Positions 53,711-62,036 of a stretch of 64,000 nt of DNA are shown here, piece by piece. Below the pieces are notes generated by a model that ran no database searches, was not told the DNA's origin, and saw only the letters and a program-made list of their open reading frames with translations. Position numbers and translations under genes: made by a program. Source of the stretch: Candidatus Babeliales bacterium (lineage in GTDB: Bacteria; Babelota; Babeliae; Babelales; RVW-14); NCBI GenBank assembly GCA_041671765.1, contig JBAZAX010000002.1, positions 3,609-67,608 of the forward strand. The letters run 5' to 3'. The first letter of the stretch is position 1; each line of letters opens with the position of its first letter.

Positions 53711-55555
53711 TTACACATGTACTACGGTCACAACGCCATGCAGCTTATTTCGTGGTAATTCATGGAATTGTACAAAAGATGGTGATAGGCGCTTGATAGC
53801 AGAGAAAATGCGCATAAAAATATTTTTTGTAACAATCTCATCAAGCCCATAAAATATCACTTTAGCGTTAATTCCTGCGTTTTTTAGGACGTTTTCAACG
53901 TTGAGTACTTCCATATAACCGCAATGAATTTCAAATATACGCAATCCGGAAGATATTTCACCCTTAAAAAAACCAATAATACCGTATGGATCATCTCGCT
54001 GAATAACTGAAACGAGAATGTTATCCTCGTAAATTATTCCATTTTCAAACATTGCCTGATGAACGTATGGCGAAATTGCCTGTGTATCCCGAACGAAAAA
54101 AAGAGCCGTTCCACAAAGCCTACCAGTAGATGAATAAGCTTGTGAAAAAATATTGATAAAATTTTCTAAAGAAACAGGCTGCAATGCACTGCGTACTTTT
54201 GCTTGACCCAACACATAAATCAAAATTATTGAAAGAGGAATCAATGCTATTAAAATGGACCAATAACCACCATGTTTTACCTTAAATAATGTTGACGCAA
54301 AGAAAATAACATTAATTGAAACAAGAAATCCAGCCAAAATTCGCTTAAATTTGTTTTTACGCAACCAAAAAATACTTGTCATCATAATTCCGGTTATTAC
54401 CATTGTTCCACTTGCTGCAAAACCATATGCCGCTGCTAAATTCAGAGATTCTTTAAAGTTAATAATCATAAACAGCACAGCACAAAGTAATGTCCAATTT
54501 ATAAAACCAATGTAAACCTGTGAATGCATTCTACTTGAGGTGTATTCTATTTTAAACATCGGCATAATTTGAGTCGTAATACCCTGATAAATAACAGAAA
54601 AAATTCCGCTAATCATCGCCTGGGAAGCGATCACAGTAGCCATCAAGCTTAAAATTAAAAATGGCACGTATAGCCAACTCACCTGACCAAGAAACATCTC
54701 ATATATAATAATTTTTGAATTTGGATTTTGAATCAAGTAAGCGCCCTGCCCCAGATACGTAAAAATTAAAGCTATAAAAACATAACCCCATGCTTGTTGT
54801 ATCGGCTTGCGACCTAAATGCCCCATATCCGCGTATAAGGCCTCAACTCCGGTGGCGCAAAGTATTATACCCGATAGAATAAAAAATCCCACCCAGCCTG
54901 ATGTAACAACAAATTTAATTCCATAGTATGGATTCAGTGCATTTAAAATAAATGGATACTGAATAATCGCTAAAAAGCCGGACCCCAAAATCGCTAAAAA
55001 CCAGACAACCATAATAGGCCCAAAAGTTCGAGAAACAGCATCTACGCCCTTACGCTGAAACATGAACAACCCAAACGTTATCAAACAAGCTACAGCAACG
55101 AGCGTTGCCGTTTTTAGATACTCAAGACCGGGAATATAACGCAAACCCTCAACTGCACTCAAAATACTTATTGCAGGAGTTATTACTCCATCCCCAATGA
55201 ATAACGATATGCCTATGAATGAAAGAAAAGTAATAAGTGTAACTTTAGATTTTGATTTTAAGAGTGATTTTAAGATCTCACGCAAAACAATCGTCCCTCC
55301 CTCACCTTTTTTACTTAAACTCATTGCAAGCCATGAGTATTCAATGCAAACAAGCAGTCCCAGCGTCCAGATTATCAACGATACAACCCCGATTACATTT
55401 TCAATAGATGGTCTAATCAAATAAAAAATTGCAGGAAGCGTGTAAATCGGGCTTGTTCCAATATCTCCAAAAACTATGCCCAGGGCCTTGATTATATCCT
55501 TGATCTGTTTGGGCGCAGAACTTGGCCTAGTAATTGGCAAATAAGAATCCGTCAT
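53711..55555 (-). CDS. kup: KUP/HAK/KT-family potassium transporter
   Basis: N-terminal signature 'GIVFGDIGTSPIYT', about 12 hydrophobic helices and a cytoplasmic C-terminal domain. 614 aa. Confidence 0.9.
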   Translation of the reverse strand: MTDSYLPITRPSSAPKQIKDIIKALGIVFGDIGTSPIYTLPAIFYLIRPSIENVIGVVSLIIWTLGLLVCIEYSWLAMSLSKKGEGGTIVLREILKSLLKSKSKVTLITFLSFIGISLFIGDGVITPAISILSAVEGLRYIPGLEYLKTATLVAVACLITFGLFMFQRKGVDAVSRTFGPIMVVWFLAILGSGFLAIIQYPFILNALNPYYGIKFVVTSGWVGFFILSGIILCATGVEALYADMGHLGRKPIQQAWGYVFIALIFTYLGQGAYLIQNPNSKIIIYEMFLGQVSWLYVPFLILSLMATVIASQAMISGIFSVIYQGITTQIMPMFKIEYTSSRMHSQVYIGFINWTLLCAVLFMIINFKESLNLAAAYGFAASGTMVITGIMMTSIFWLRKNKFKRILAGFLVSINVIFFASTLFKVKHGGYWSILIALIPLSIILIYVLGQAKVRSALQPVSLENFINIFSQAYSSTGRLCGTALFFVRDTQAISPYVHQAMFENGIIYEDNILVSVIQRDDPYGIIGFFKGEISSGLRIFEIHCGYMEVLNVENVLKNAGINAKVIFYGLDEIVTKNIFMRIFSAIKRLSPSFVQFHELPRNKLHGVVTVVHV

Positions 55556-55797
55556 AAAAGCCTCTCTATTTTTACTTTTGTACTATCTTTTTATTATTGG
55601 TTATTTATGAGTTTTACTAAAATGTAACCAAAAAAACAAGTTAACAATGATTTCATGCCATTCAGGCATTTTTAAACTATCCAAAATCAAACCCATTTGT
55701 ATCTTAACTTTTCAAATTTCGTAGCTATACTAAGCCTCACGAAATTAAACGTGAAAAAAATTTAAAAATATTATTTCTTAAAATTGAAGGATTTTTC

Positions 55798-56358
55798 GTG
55801 AAAAATTTGTTAAAAATAGCATTTTTTGCAACAACATTGTCAATTACACAGCTTTCCCGCGGTGCGACAGTTACAATCAATAATACAGCGCCATTTAAGA
55901 TTGAAGCCAGCTTTGATCTAATGGCATATCCTGACACAAAAAAAACAATCAGCGAAAATTCAAGCCTAAAAGAAGATATTGGAAAAGTGTTCTTACGAGG
56001 CATATCCATTGGAGTTCATATTGGAAATAACTTTATGGAAAATGTTTTAAGCGAAAACTTGTCTCAAACGCTTGGACTTGGCGATATTGAGTATTACGTA
56101 TTCAGTGAACTAAAAAATGATGGCAGAAAAAATAGCGCCGGCGAGTTTATTGTTGAATTCAAGCTTTATCTACTTCGACTCCCAAGATTTATATATTCCG
56201 GTGGCTGTGTGGCAAAAAGCGAGACATTTAAAGTTGTAACAAAAGATTTTGAAACATTTAGGCTAATCAAAGAAGAAAAAGAGCAAAACGCTAATTCACA
56301 GGTAAATAGCATGTCAAATAGTGGTTCTCTTGGTTATTCATCAACTAATATCAGATAA
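55798..56358 (+). CDS. Hypothetical secreted protein
   Basis: 186-aa ORF (GTG start) with signal-like 'IAFFATTLSITQLSRG'. Confidence 0.45.
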   Translation: MKNLLKIAFFATTLSITQLSRGATVTINNTAPFKIEASFDLMAYPDTKKTISENSSLKEDIGKVFLRGISIGVHIGNNFMENVLSENLSQTLGLGDIEYYVFSELKNDGRKNSAGEFIVEFKLYLLRLPRFIYSGGCVAKSETFKVVTKDFETFRLIKEEKEQNANSQVNSMSNSGSLGYSSTNIR

Positions 56359-56447
56359 AAAAGTTGTACAAAAAACTGCTTTCCTGTTGACAACAAGCAA
56401 CTTCACAGGTAGGCTACAGCTTGTAATATTTATGAAAATTATGAAGT

Positions 56448-56524
56448 GCCAGGGTAGCTCAGGTGGTAGAGCAGAAGACTGAAAATCTTTGTGTCAGCGG
56501 TTCAACTCCGCTCCTTGGCACCAT
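56448..56524 (+). tRNA. tRNA-Phe (anticodon GAA), CCA encoded
   Basis: Acceptor GCCAGGG/CCTTGGC, anticodon stem GAAGA/TCTTT with loop CTGAAAA, and T arm AGCGG-TTCAACT-CCGCT. Confidence 0.9.
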
Positions 56525-56665
56525 TTTTTTGTCTAATATTTAAAAACATGAAAAATCCTATATTTCCAAACCAAATCTTGTACAAAAAATGTGATCGTTT
56601 AAAATACTGAATAATACTCTGATAAATTTGTTTTTTGGGTAACAGTTTTTAATTGTGGAAATAAA

Positions 56666-57994
56666 ATGTTTAACTTTCTTTCAGAAAAATTTGCAGGCGT
56701 CTTAGGTTGGCTAAAAAACAAGGGTCGGTTAACCGAAGAAAACATTCAAGAAGCTCTTGATCAGGTTCGCAATGCATTGCTCGATGCAGACGTACCTCAC
56801 GATATTATAGATGCATTTTTAAATCAAATAAAAGACGGCATCGTTGGACAAAAGCTTCAGGCAAGCTTAAATCCGGGACAAATGCTTATCAAAATTGTTC
56901 ATGAAAAATTACTCAGTTTTTTGGGAGGCACAGGCTCAACAAGCCAAGTTACATTCCAAATCCCATCAATTATACTGGTCATGGGGTTACAGGGCTCCGG
57001 TAAAACAACCACTATCGCAAAGGTTGCTAACTGGGTAAACAAGGAAGCAGCCAAACGTGGAAAAAAGCGCAGAATCCTGTTGGCATCAGTCGATTTTTAT
57101 CGTCCGGCAGCCGTTGAACAGCTTAAAATACTTGCTGCCCAGGTTGGCGTAGATTTTTATTCCGCCACAAACACCAAACCGGTAAGCGCTGCCAAAGAAA
57201 TTCAAGATTATTTCAAAAAAAATCAATATGAACTACTGTTCTTAGATACGGCCGGTCGCTTCCACGTTGACGACGAAATGATGCATGAGTTAGTTGAAAT
57301 CAACAAAACAGTAGCTCCAAAATACAAATTTCTAGTTTTGGATGCCATGACGGGCCAAGAGTCCTTAAAAGTAGCTAAATCATTCAATGATTCCGTAAAT
57401 TTTGATTTTTCTATTTTAAGCAAAATGGATAGCGACGCACGCGGTGGTGCGGCATTTGCATTTCGCTATGCCCTTAAAAAACCCATTGCTTTTGTTGGAT
57501 CCGGCGAGAAAATAGATGATCTTGAAACTTTCATTCCTGAACGTATGGCAACAAGAATTCTTGGAATGGGCGACATTTTGACACTGATTGAAAAAGCAAG
57601 TGAAAGCATCGAGATAGACAGCCAAGAAACTATGGTCAAAAGATTCTCCGAGGGCACATTTTCTTTAAAAGATTTCGCCGAACAGCTTGATATGATTGAC
57701 AAAATGGGGTCTTTGAATAAAATTACAAGATACCTTCCAGGAATGAACAGCATTTCTCCGGAGGATATGGAACGCGGACAGTCGGAAATGAAGCGTTTCA
57801 AGGCAATAATATCTTCCATGACGGAAAAAGAACGCATTATGCCAACCCTACTTGATGGATCAAGAAAGCAAAGAGTTGCAAGGGGTGCAGGCGTAAATGT
57901 GCAAGATATCAATCAATTGCTACAAAGATTTGAACAAAGTAAGCAATTTGTTAAAATGTTTAAAAAGATGGGTAAGTTCAGAAAGTTTTTTTAA
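56666..57994 (+). CDS. ffh: Signal recognition particle protein Ffh
   Basis: NG domain 'GLQGSGKTTT', 'DTAGR' and 'SKMD', followed by a Met-rich M domain. Confidence 0.92.
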   Translation: MFNFLSEKFAGVLGWLKNKGRLTEENIQEALDQVRNALLDADVPHDIIDAFLNQIKDGIVGQKLQASLNPGQMLIKIVHEKLLSFLGGTGSTSQVTFQIPSIILVMGLQGSGKTTTIAKVANWVNKEAAKRGKKRRILLASVDFYRPAAVEQLKILAAQVGVDFYSATNTKPVSAAKEIQDYFKKNQYELLFLDTAGRFHVDDEMMHELVEINKTVAPKYKFLVLDAMTGQESLKVAKSFNDSVNFDFSILSKMDSDARGGAAFAFRYALKKPIAFVGSGEKIDDLETFIPERMATRILGMGDILTLIEKASESIEIDSQETMVKRFSEGTFSLKDFAEQLDMIDKMGSLNKITRYLPGMNSISPEDMERGQSEMKRFKAIISSMTEKERIMPTLLDGSRKQRVARGAGVNVQDINQLLQRFEQSKQFVKMFKKMGKFRKFF

Positions 57995-58056
57995 CTAAAA
58001 TATCTTACCTCTTAATGTTGATAGTTGTTAGTTGTTGTTAGAAAGGACATTGATAA

Positions 58057-58317
58057 ATGGCAGTTAAAATTCGTCTAAGCAGAATAGGCAAAAAAAACAG
58101 ACCGTTCTGTCGCATTGTTGCTATAGACTCTCAGAAAAAAAGAGATGGTGCTTCCCTTGAAACTCTAGGTTCTTACGATCCTATTACACATGAAGTCATA
58201 CAACTTCATATGGACAAAATAGAACAATGGATCTCAAAGGGTGCCAAATGCAGCGCCGCAGTTGAAAAGCTTATCAAGGATAAGAAAACCAGCTCACCAA
58301 AAGCAAAAGCCGCTTAA
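58057..58317 (+). CDS. rpsP: 30S ribosomal protein S16
   Basis: 'MAVKIRLSRIGKKNRPFCRIVAIDSQKKRDG' is the canonical S16 N-terminus. Lies downstream of ffh. Confidence 0.92.
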   Translation: MAVKIRLSRIGKKNRPFCRIVAIDSQKKRDGASLETLGSYDPITHEVIQLHMDKIEQWISKGAKCSAAVEKLIKDKKTSSPKAKAA

Positions 58318-58393
58318 CACTGGCAAGACTTTTAGATTTGTTAATTGAGGTAGTTCTTACAAACTGTATAGCTTAATTTTGGAGCAGTAAACC

Positions 58394-58633
58394 ATGAGTA
58401 TCCTTAAAGAATTAGTTGAACAAATCGTAAAAAAATTAGTTGATAAACCAGAGAGTGTCAACGTAACAGAAGTCAGTGGCGAACAATCAACTATTATTGA
58501 ACTTCGCGTTGCACCTGAAGATTTGGGCAAAGTCATTGGCAAAGAAGGCAGAACCGCAAGGTCAATAAGAACTCTTGTTCAGGCTACAGCATCAAAAGAA
58601 CACAAGCGCGCTGTTCTTGAGATTTTGGAATAA
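58394..58633 (+). CDS. KH-domain RNA-binding protein (UPF0109/YlqC/KhpA-like)
   Basis: 79 aa with '[25 protein letters not shown]' (GxxG KH motif). Canonical position after rpsP. Confidence 0.85.
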   Translation: MSILKELVEQIVKKLVDKPESVNVTEVSGEQSTIIELRVAPEDLGKVIGKEGRTARSIRTLVQATASKEHKRAVLEILE

Positions 58634-58664
58634 GAAGTCACAAAATATTTATAATAAAATTCGG

Positions 58665-58698
58665 TGGCTGGTGAACTTAACGCCAGCCATTTTTTTTT
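58665..58698 (+). terminator. Rho-independent terminator (or attenuator) between the KH gene and trmD
   Basis: Stem TGGCTGGTG/CGCCAGCCA with loop AACTTAA, followed by T9. Confidence 0.65.
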
Positions 58699-58716
58699 GG
58701 AAGCCATGATTAAATC

Positions 58717-60234
58717 ATGATTAAGATATCAATTATCACCGTTTTTCCTGAATTACATGAAAATTTCATTAACACGAGCTTGATTCAACGTGCCGTTAAA
58801 CAAGAAATTATTCAATTCAATCTCGTGCGTTTTTCAGACATGTGTCAACCCAAAGAACGAATTGACGAACCAACCGTTGGACATGGCGCCGGAATGATAA
58901 TTAAGCCTGAAGTTATCCAAAAGGCAATTGATCAGTGCCAAGAAAAGTGGGGTTCCGGATTTAAAATCTTTTTTTCGCCTCAGGGACAAAGACTTGATCA
59001 ACGCAAACTAAGCAATATTTATAAAAAATTGATATCCCGGGACCAAAATCAACAAGATCAAACTGGTAAATCTAACCAAGGACAAGCCATCGTATCCGCT
59101 CCTATAAGCACCACTGAGCCTTTTCCAGAATCAGACGCGTCACCTATCGGTGATGGTTCGACAAGCTCACCACGAGCGCGCCAGCTTGATGGCACTCTTC
59201 CTGAGCCTATCGAAGGATGCGAGCTTCAGAAGAGATATACTGAATCAGATCTTCATTTAATACTTATATGTTCTCGATACGAAGGCATCGACGAACGCGT
59301 AGAAAGTTTTTATGCAGACATGACAGTATCAATCGGCGACTATGTATTAATGGGCGGAGACCTTCCAGCACAGGTCTTCTTGGAAGGACTTTTGCGATTG
59401 ATTCCAAATGTTGTTGGAAAAACAGCTTCTGTAGAGAACGAATCGTTCCAGGGAGCTTTTTTTGACCACCCTGAATATGGGCTGCCAGTTGAATGGAATC
59501 AACTGAAAATTCCGGATGTATTGCGTTCAGGGAATCACAAGCAAATAGCAATATGGCGAAAAGAACAGGCTGTTAAAAAAACAATTTTAAATAGATTTGA
59601 TTGGATACAAGAAAGTCACCCGGATGAAACGGATCTTGAACTTTGCAGAAAATTTATTCCTAACCATTATGTCGTAATAATGCACTCCCAAGTTATTGTT
59701 GGAGACGGGCATAAAGTTGGGCACACATCTGTGGCATCAATAGACATTCACGACATCGCCCGCAGTTGTAAAACATATGGCATCAAGAATTTTTTTATTG
59801 TTACGCAGCTTGAAGATCAGTTCAAGATCGTAAACACATTTTTTGATTTTTGGCATTCCAAAAAAGGCAAAGATTACAACTTAAGCCGCTACAACGCGAT
59901 CGAATCCGTGATTTTAACAAAATCATTCGAGTCAGTACGGGAACAAATTAAACAAAAAGAGAATCTGGATCCTATCATAATTACAACATCTGCAAAATCT
60001 CATGGAAACGGCGTAAAAATTGATTACTTCAGCCAAGGACTTGTTTGGCAAGAGAATCGACCGGTTTTGATTGTTTTTGGCACAGGACAGGGGCTCAGCG
60101 ATGAAATAATGGATCAAAGTAATTTTATCCTCACCCCGGTTCGTGGCCTTACCAGTTACAACCATCTTTCTGTAAGATCTGCTGCTGCAGTTATTCTTGA
60201 CAGATGGCTTGGATTAAATTCAAAAGTTGAGTAA
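58717..60234 (+). CDS. trmD: tRNA (guanine37-N1)-methyltransferase TrmD fused to a second SPOUT-like (TM1570/Methyltrn_RNA_4-like) domain
   Basis: TrmD part: 'ISIITVFPELHENF', 'VGHGAGMIIKPE' and 'LICSRYEGIDERV'. C-terminal ~200 aa: 'VASIDIHDIARSCKTYGIKNFFIV', 'VFGTGQGLSDE' and 'YNHLSVRSAAAVILDRW'. 505 aa in total. Confidence 0.8.
   Translation: MIKISIITVFPELHENFINTSLIQRAVKQEIIQFNLVRFSDMCQPKERIDEPTVGHGAGMIIKPEVIQKAIDQCQEKWGSGFKIFFSPQGQRLDQRKLSNIYKKLISRDQNQQDQTGKSNQGQAIVSAPISTTEPFPESDASPIGDGSTSSPRARQLDGTLPEPIEGCELQKRYTESDLHLILICSRYEGIDERVESFYADMTVSIGDYVLMGGDLPAQVFLEGLLRLIPNVVGKTASVENESFQGAFFDHPEYGLPVEWNQLKIPDVLRSGNHKQIAIWRKEQAVKKTILNRFDWIQESHPDETDLELCRKFIPNHYVVIMHSQVIVGDGHKVGHTSVASIDIHDIARSCKTYGIKNFFIVTQLEDQFKIVNTFFDFWHSKKGKDYNLSRYNAIESVILTKSFESVREQIKQKENLDPIIITTSAKSHGNGVKIDYFSQGLVWQENRPVLIVFGTGQGLSDEIMDQSNFILTPVRGLTSYNHLSVRSAAAVILDRWLGLNSKVE
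59135..59232. repeat. GC-rich repeat (module B core and related sequence), in frame inside trmD
   Basis: 'GGTTCGACAAGCTCACCACGAGCG' is identical to 33639-33662. It is followed by 'GAGCCTATCGAAGGATGCGAGCTTCAG'. Confidence 0.75.
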
Positions 60235-60332
60235 AAATTAAAAAAGAAACTCGGAGACTTTACTGTATCTATGCAAAATACACTAACTTACATTATTACA
60301 GCTTGAATATAGATATTTACTAAATTTTACCC

Positions 60333-60361
60333 TTGATAACTGCCCATTTTGTCTATATAAT
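60333..60361 (+). promoter_or_regulatory. Sigma70-type promoter upstream of rplS
   Basis: TTGATA (60333-60338), an exact 17-nt spacer, then TATAAT (60356-60361). This implies a leader of about 85 nt. Confidence 0.5.
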
Positions 60362-60454
60362 ACAAGTTAAGTCTTTAAATTTTCCTGCATTTATGCTTTA
60401 TAATTTGATATAATAATTTGATATAGTTTTTTAAGTTTTGGTTCAAGGAATACG

Positions 60455-60871
60455 ATGAAATCGACTCGTTTAAGCAAAGAAACAATTTTGGATTTGGCAA
60501 CAGCTGAGCGCAATTTCCCCGACTTCAGAGTTGGCGATACAATCAGCGTTGCATCAAAGGTAAAAGAAGGCGCCAAGGAAAGACTACAGAGCTTTGAAGG
60601 CGAAGTTATTGACAGTCACAAAAATGGCATTGCATCGACCTTTACCGTTCGTAGAATTGGGGCAAATAGCGTTGGAGTTGAAAGAATCTATCCATACTAC
60701 TCTCCAAATATAGCTGAAATCACATTTGTAAAACGCGGTCGTGTACGCAGAGCCAAATTGGGCTACCTACGTCATCGTGTTGGTCGTGCCGGCAGAGTTA
60801 AAGAATTGGTCATATCAAAAGAAGAAACGGCCAGAATCAAAGGCGCAGGAACTCCTAAAACAAATGAATAA
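60455..60871 (+). CDS. rplS: 50S ribosomal protein L19
   Basis: 'FRVGDTISVASKVKEGAKERLQSFEGEVI' and 'TFTVRRIGANSVGVERIYPYYSPNI'. RBS 'AAGGA'. Confidence 0.92.
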   Translation: MKSTRLSKETILDLATAERNFPDFRVGDTISVASKVKEGAKERLQSFEGEVIDSHKNGIASTFTVRRIGANSVGVERIYPYYSPNIAEITFVKRGRVRRAKLGYLRHRVGRAGRVKELVISKEETARIKGAGTPKTNE

Positions 60872-61448
60872 ATTCGATATAAATTCGATACACAAAGGGC
60901 AGCCAAAAGGCTGTCCTTTGTTATTTATCCCAATTATTTTAACAATTTTCATTGCAATTTTACCCGCATGCTCAAAAAAGAGTATTGAAAATACTGCATC
61001 GCAAGTTCAATCAAGTGATATAAATAATCCATGCGAAGAAGCAACTCAAAACATATATCCCAAAATATCTCCCAGCATATCCCAAGTCCAAATCAAAAAA
61101 ACTCACTATAAAACATTTGTAAATCAGGCCAGAAATATTGATATATCAACGCCTGTTGGATTTAGGCTTGAAAAAAGTGATAGTAATGAGATTGTAGAAA
61201 ACAGAACCATGAACGATGAAATCCTCTTTTTTTTATATCATGGAAATCAGGACATAAAAAAAGTGGGTTCATTCTATAAGCGTGAGCTTGAAATTTTAGG
61301 ATGGGACTTTAAAGATTTATCAACAAAGCAAGAGGGCCTTTTTATCTGTAATAAAAGCTCAAAAACATGCGTTGTATCAATCAGACCTAAAGATATTAGT
61401 GGCTCAATAATTTGTATCACAATAACAAATAAATTTGATCAAAATTAA
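60864..61448 (+). CDS. Hypothetical lipoprotein
   Basis: I prefer ATG 60864 ('MNKFDINS...'), which overlaps the rplS stop by 8 nt. Lipobox-like 'ILPAC'. The ORF-track start at 60741 would lie inside rplS. Confidence 0.5.
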   Translation: MNKFDINSIHKGQPKGCPLLFIPIILTIFIAILPACSKKSIENTASQVQSSDINNPCEEATQNIYPKISPSISQVQIKKTHYKTFVNQARNIDISTPVGFRLEKSDSNEIVENRTMNDEILFFLYHGNQDIKKVGSFYKRELEILGWDFKDLSTKQEGLFICNKSSKTCVVSIRPKDISGSIICITITNKFDQN

Positions 61449-61466
61449 AACAAGTACGGTGATTTA

Positions 61467-61580
61467 ATGATTATAGTTTTAAAGACAATTTTATTTTTCG
61501 GACTAATATTATTGGTATCATTCTTAGTTTTTACATCATTGGTTAAAACTGTAGGTCAACTTTTTGGGTTCAAAAACTAA
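61467..61580 (+). CDS. Possible 37-aa hydrophobic peptide
   Basis: 'MIIVLKTILFFGLILLVSFLVFTSLVKTVGQLFGFKN'. Below the ORF-track size cut-off. One TM helix and a weak RBS. Confidence 0.25.
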   Translation: MIIVLKTILFFGLILLVSFLVFTSLVKTVGQLFGFKN

Positions 61581-61592
61581 TTTTAGTTTTCG

Positions 61593-61802
61593 TTACTTTT
61601 TCTTAGTTATAAAACATTTGATTTTATGCACCAATTTGCGTCCACCTATCAGAAATAACCCTAACAAAATTAATAAAACTCCTGGAATTATTGGAAGAAA
61701 CAGACCGACAACTCCAATAATAATAAAAATAATACCAAATACTAGATGGACAAAGCCATTTAGCTCACTTATTATTTCTTGAAACCAGTTATTTTGCTTC
61801 AT
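61593..61802 (-). CDS. Small two-helix membrane protein (PGPGW/YbaN-like)
   Basis: 69 aa with 'GVVGLFLPIIPGVLLILLGLFLIG'. Confidence 0.45.
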   Translation of the reverse strand: MKQNNWFQEIISELNGFVHLVFGIIFIIIGVVGLFLPIIPGVLLILLGLFLIGGRKLVHKIKCFITKKK

Positions 61803-61856
61803 AAGCTTGTCAAATCCTCATATTTATGTTAAAAAACTAATATAATTCTTTTTTAT

Positions 61857-61930
61857 TGGGAAGTCGTCTAATGGCAGGACTCTGGATTCTGGTTCCAGTT
61901 ATAGAGGTTCGAATCCTCTCTTCCCAGCCA
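61857..61930 (+). tRNA. tRNA-Gln (anticodon CTG), CCA encoded
   Basis: Acceptor TGGGAAG/CTTCCCA, anticodon stem CTGGA/TCCAG with loop TTCTGGT, and T arm AGAGG-TTCGAAT-CCTCT. Confidence 0.88.
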
Positions 61931-62036
61931 CCTACTTTTTTATCTATTTCATATTTTACGTTTGTATATTTAGATTAGCACAACTATTCATACAAAAATT
62001 TATTTGATAAATGCAAGTGTTAACTATATTGAGAAA

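Noticed and set aside
55556-55740. Leader of kup checked for a riboswitch (for example the c-di-AMP type)
   Set aside because: The region is extremely AT-rich, with no extended conserved-looking helices that I can recognise.
60741-60863. Long form of ORF 60741-61448, which overlaps rplS
   Set aside because: It would run 131 nt inside the well-supported L19 gene in another frame. The internal ATG at 60864 gives a typical lipoprotein N-terminus.
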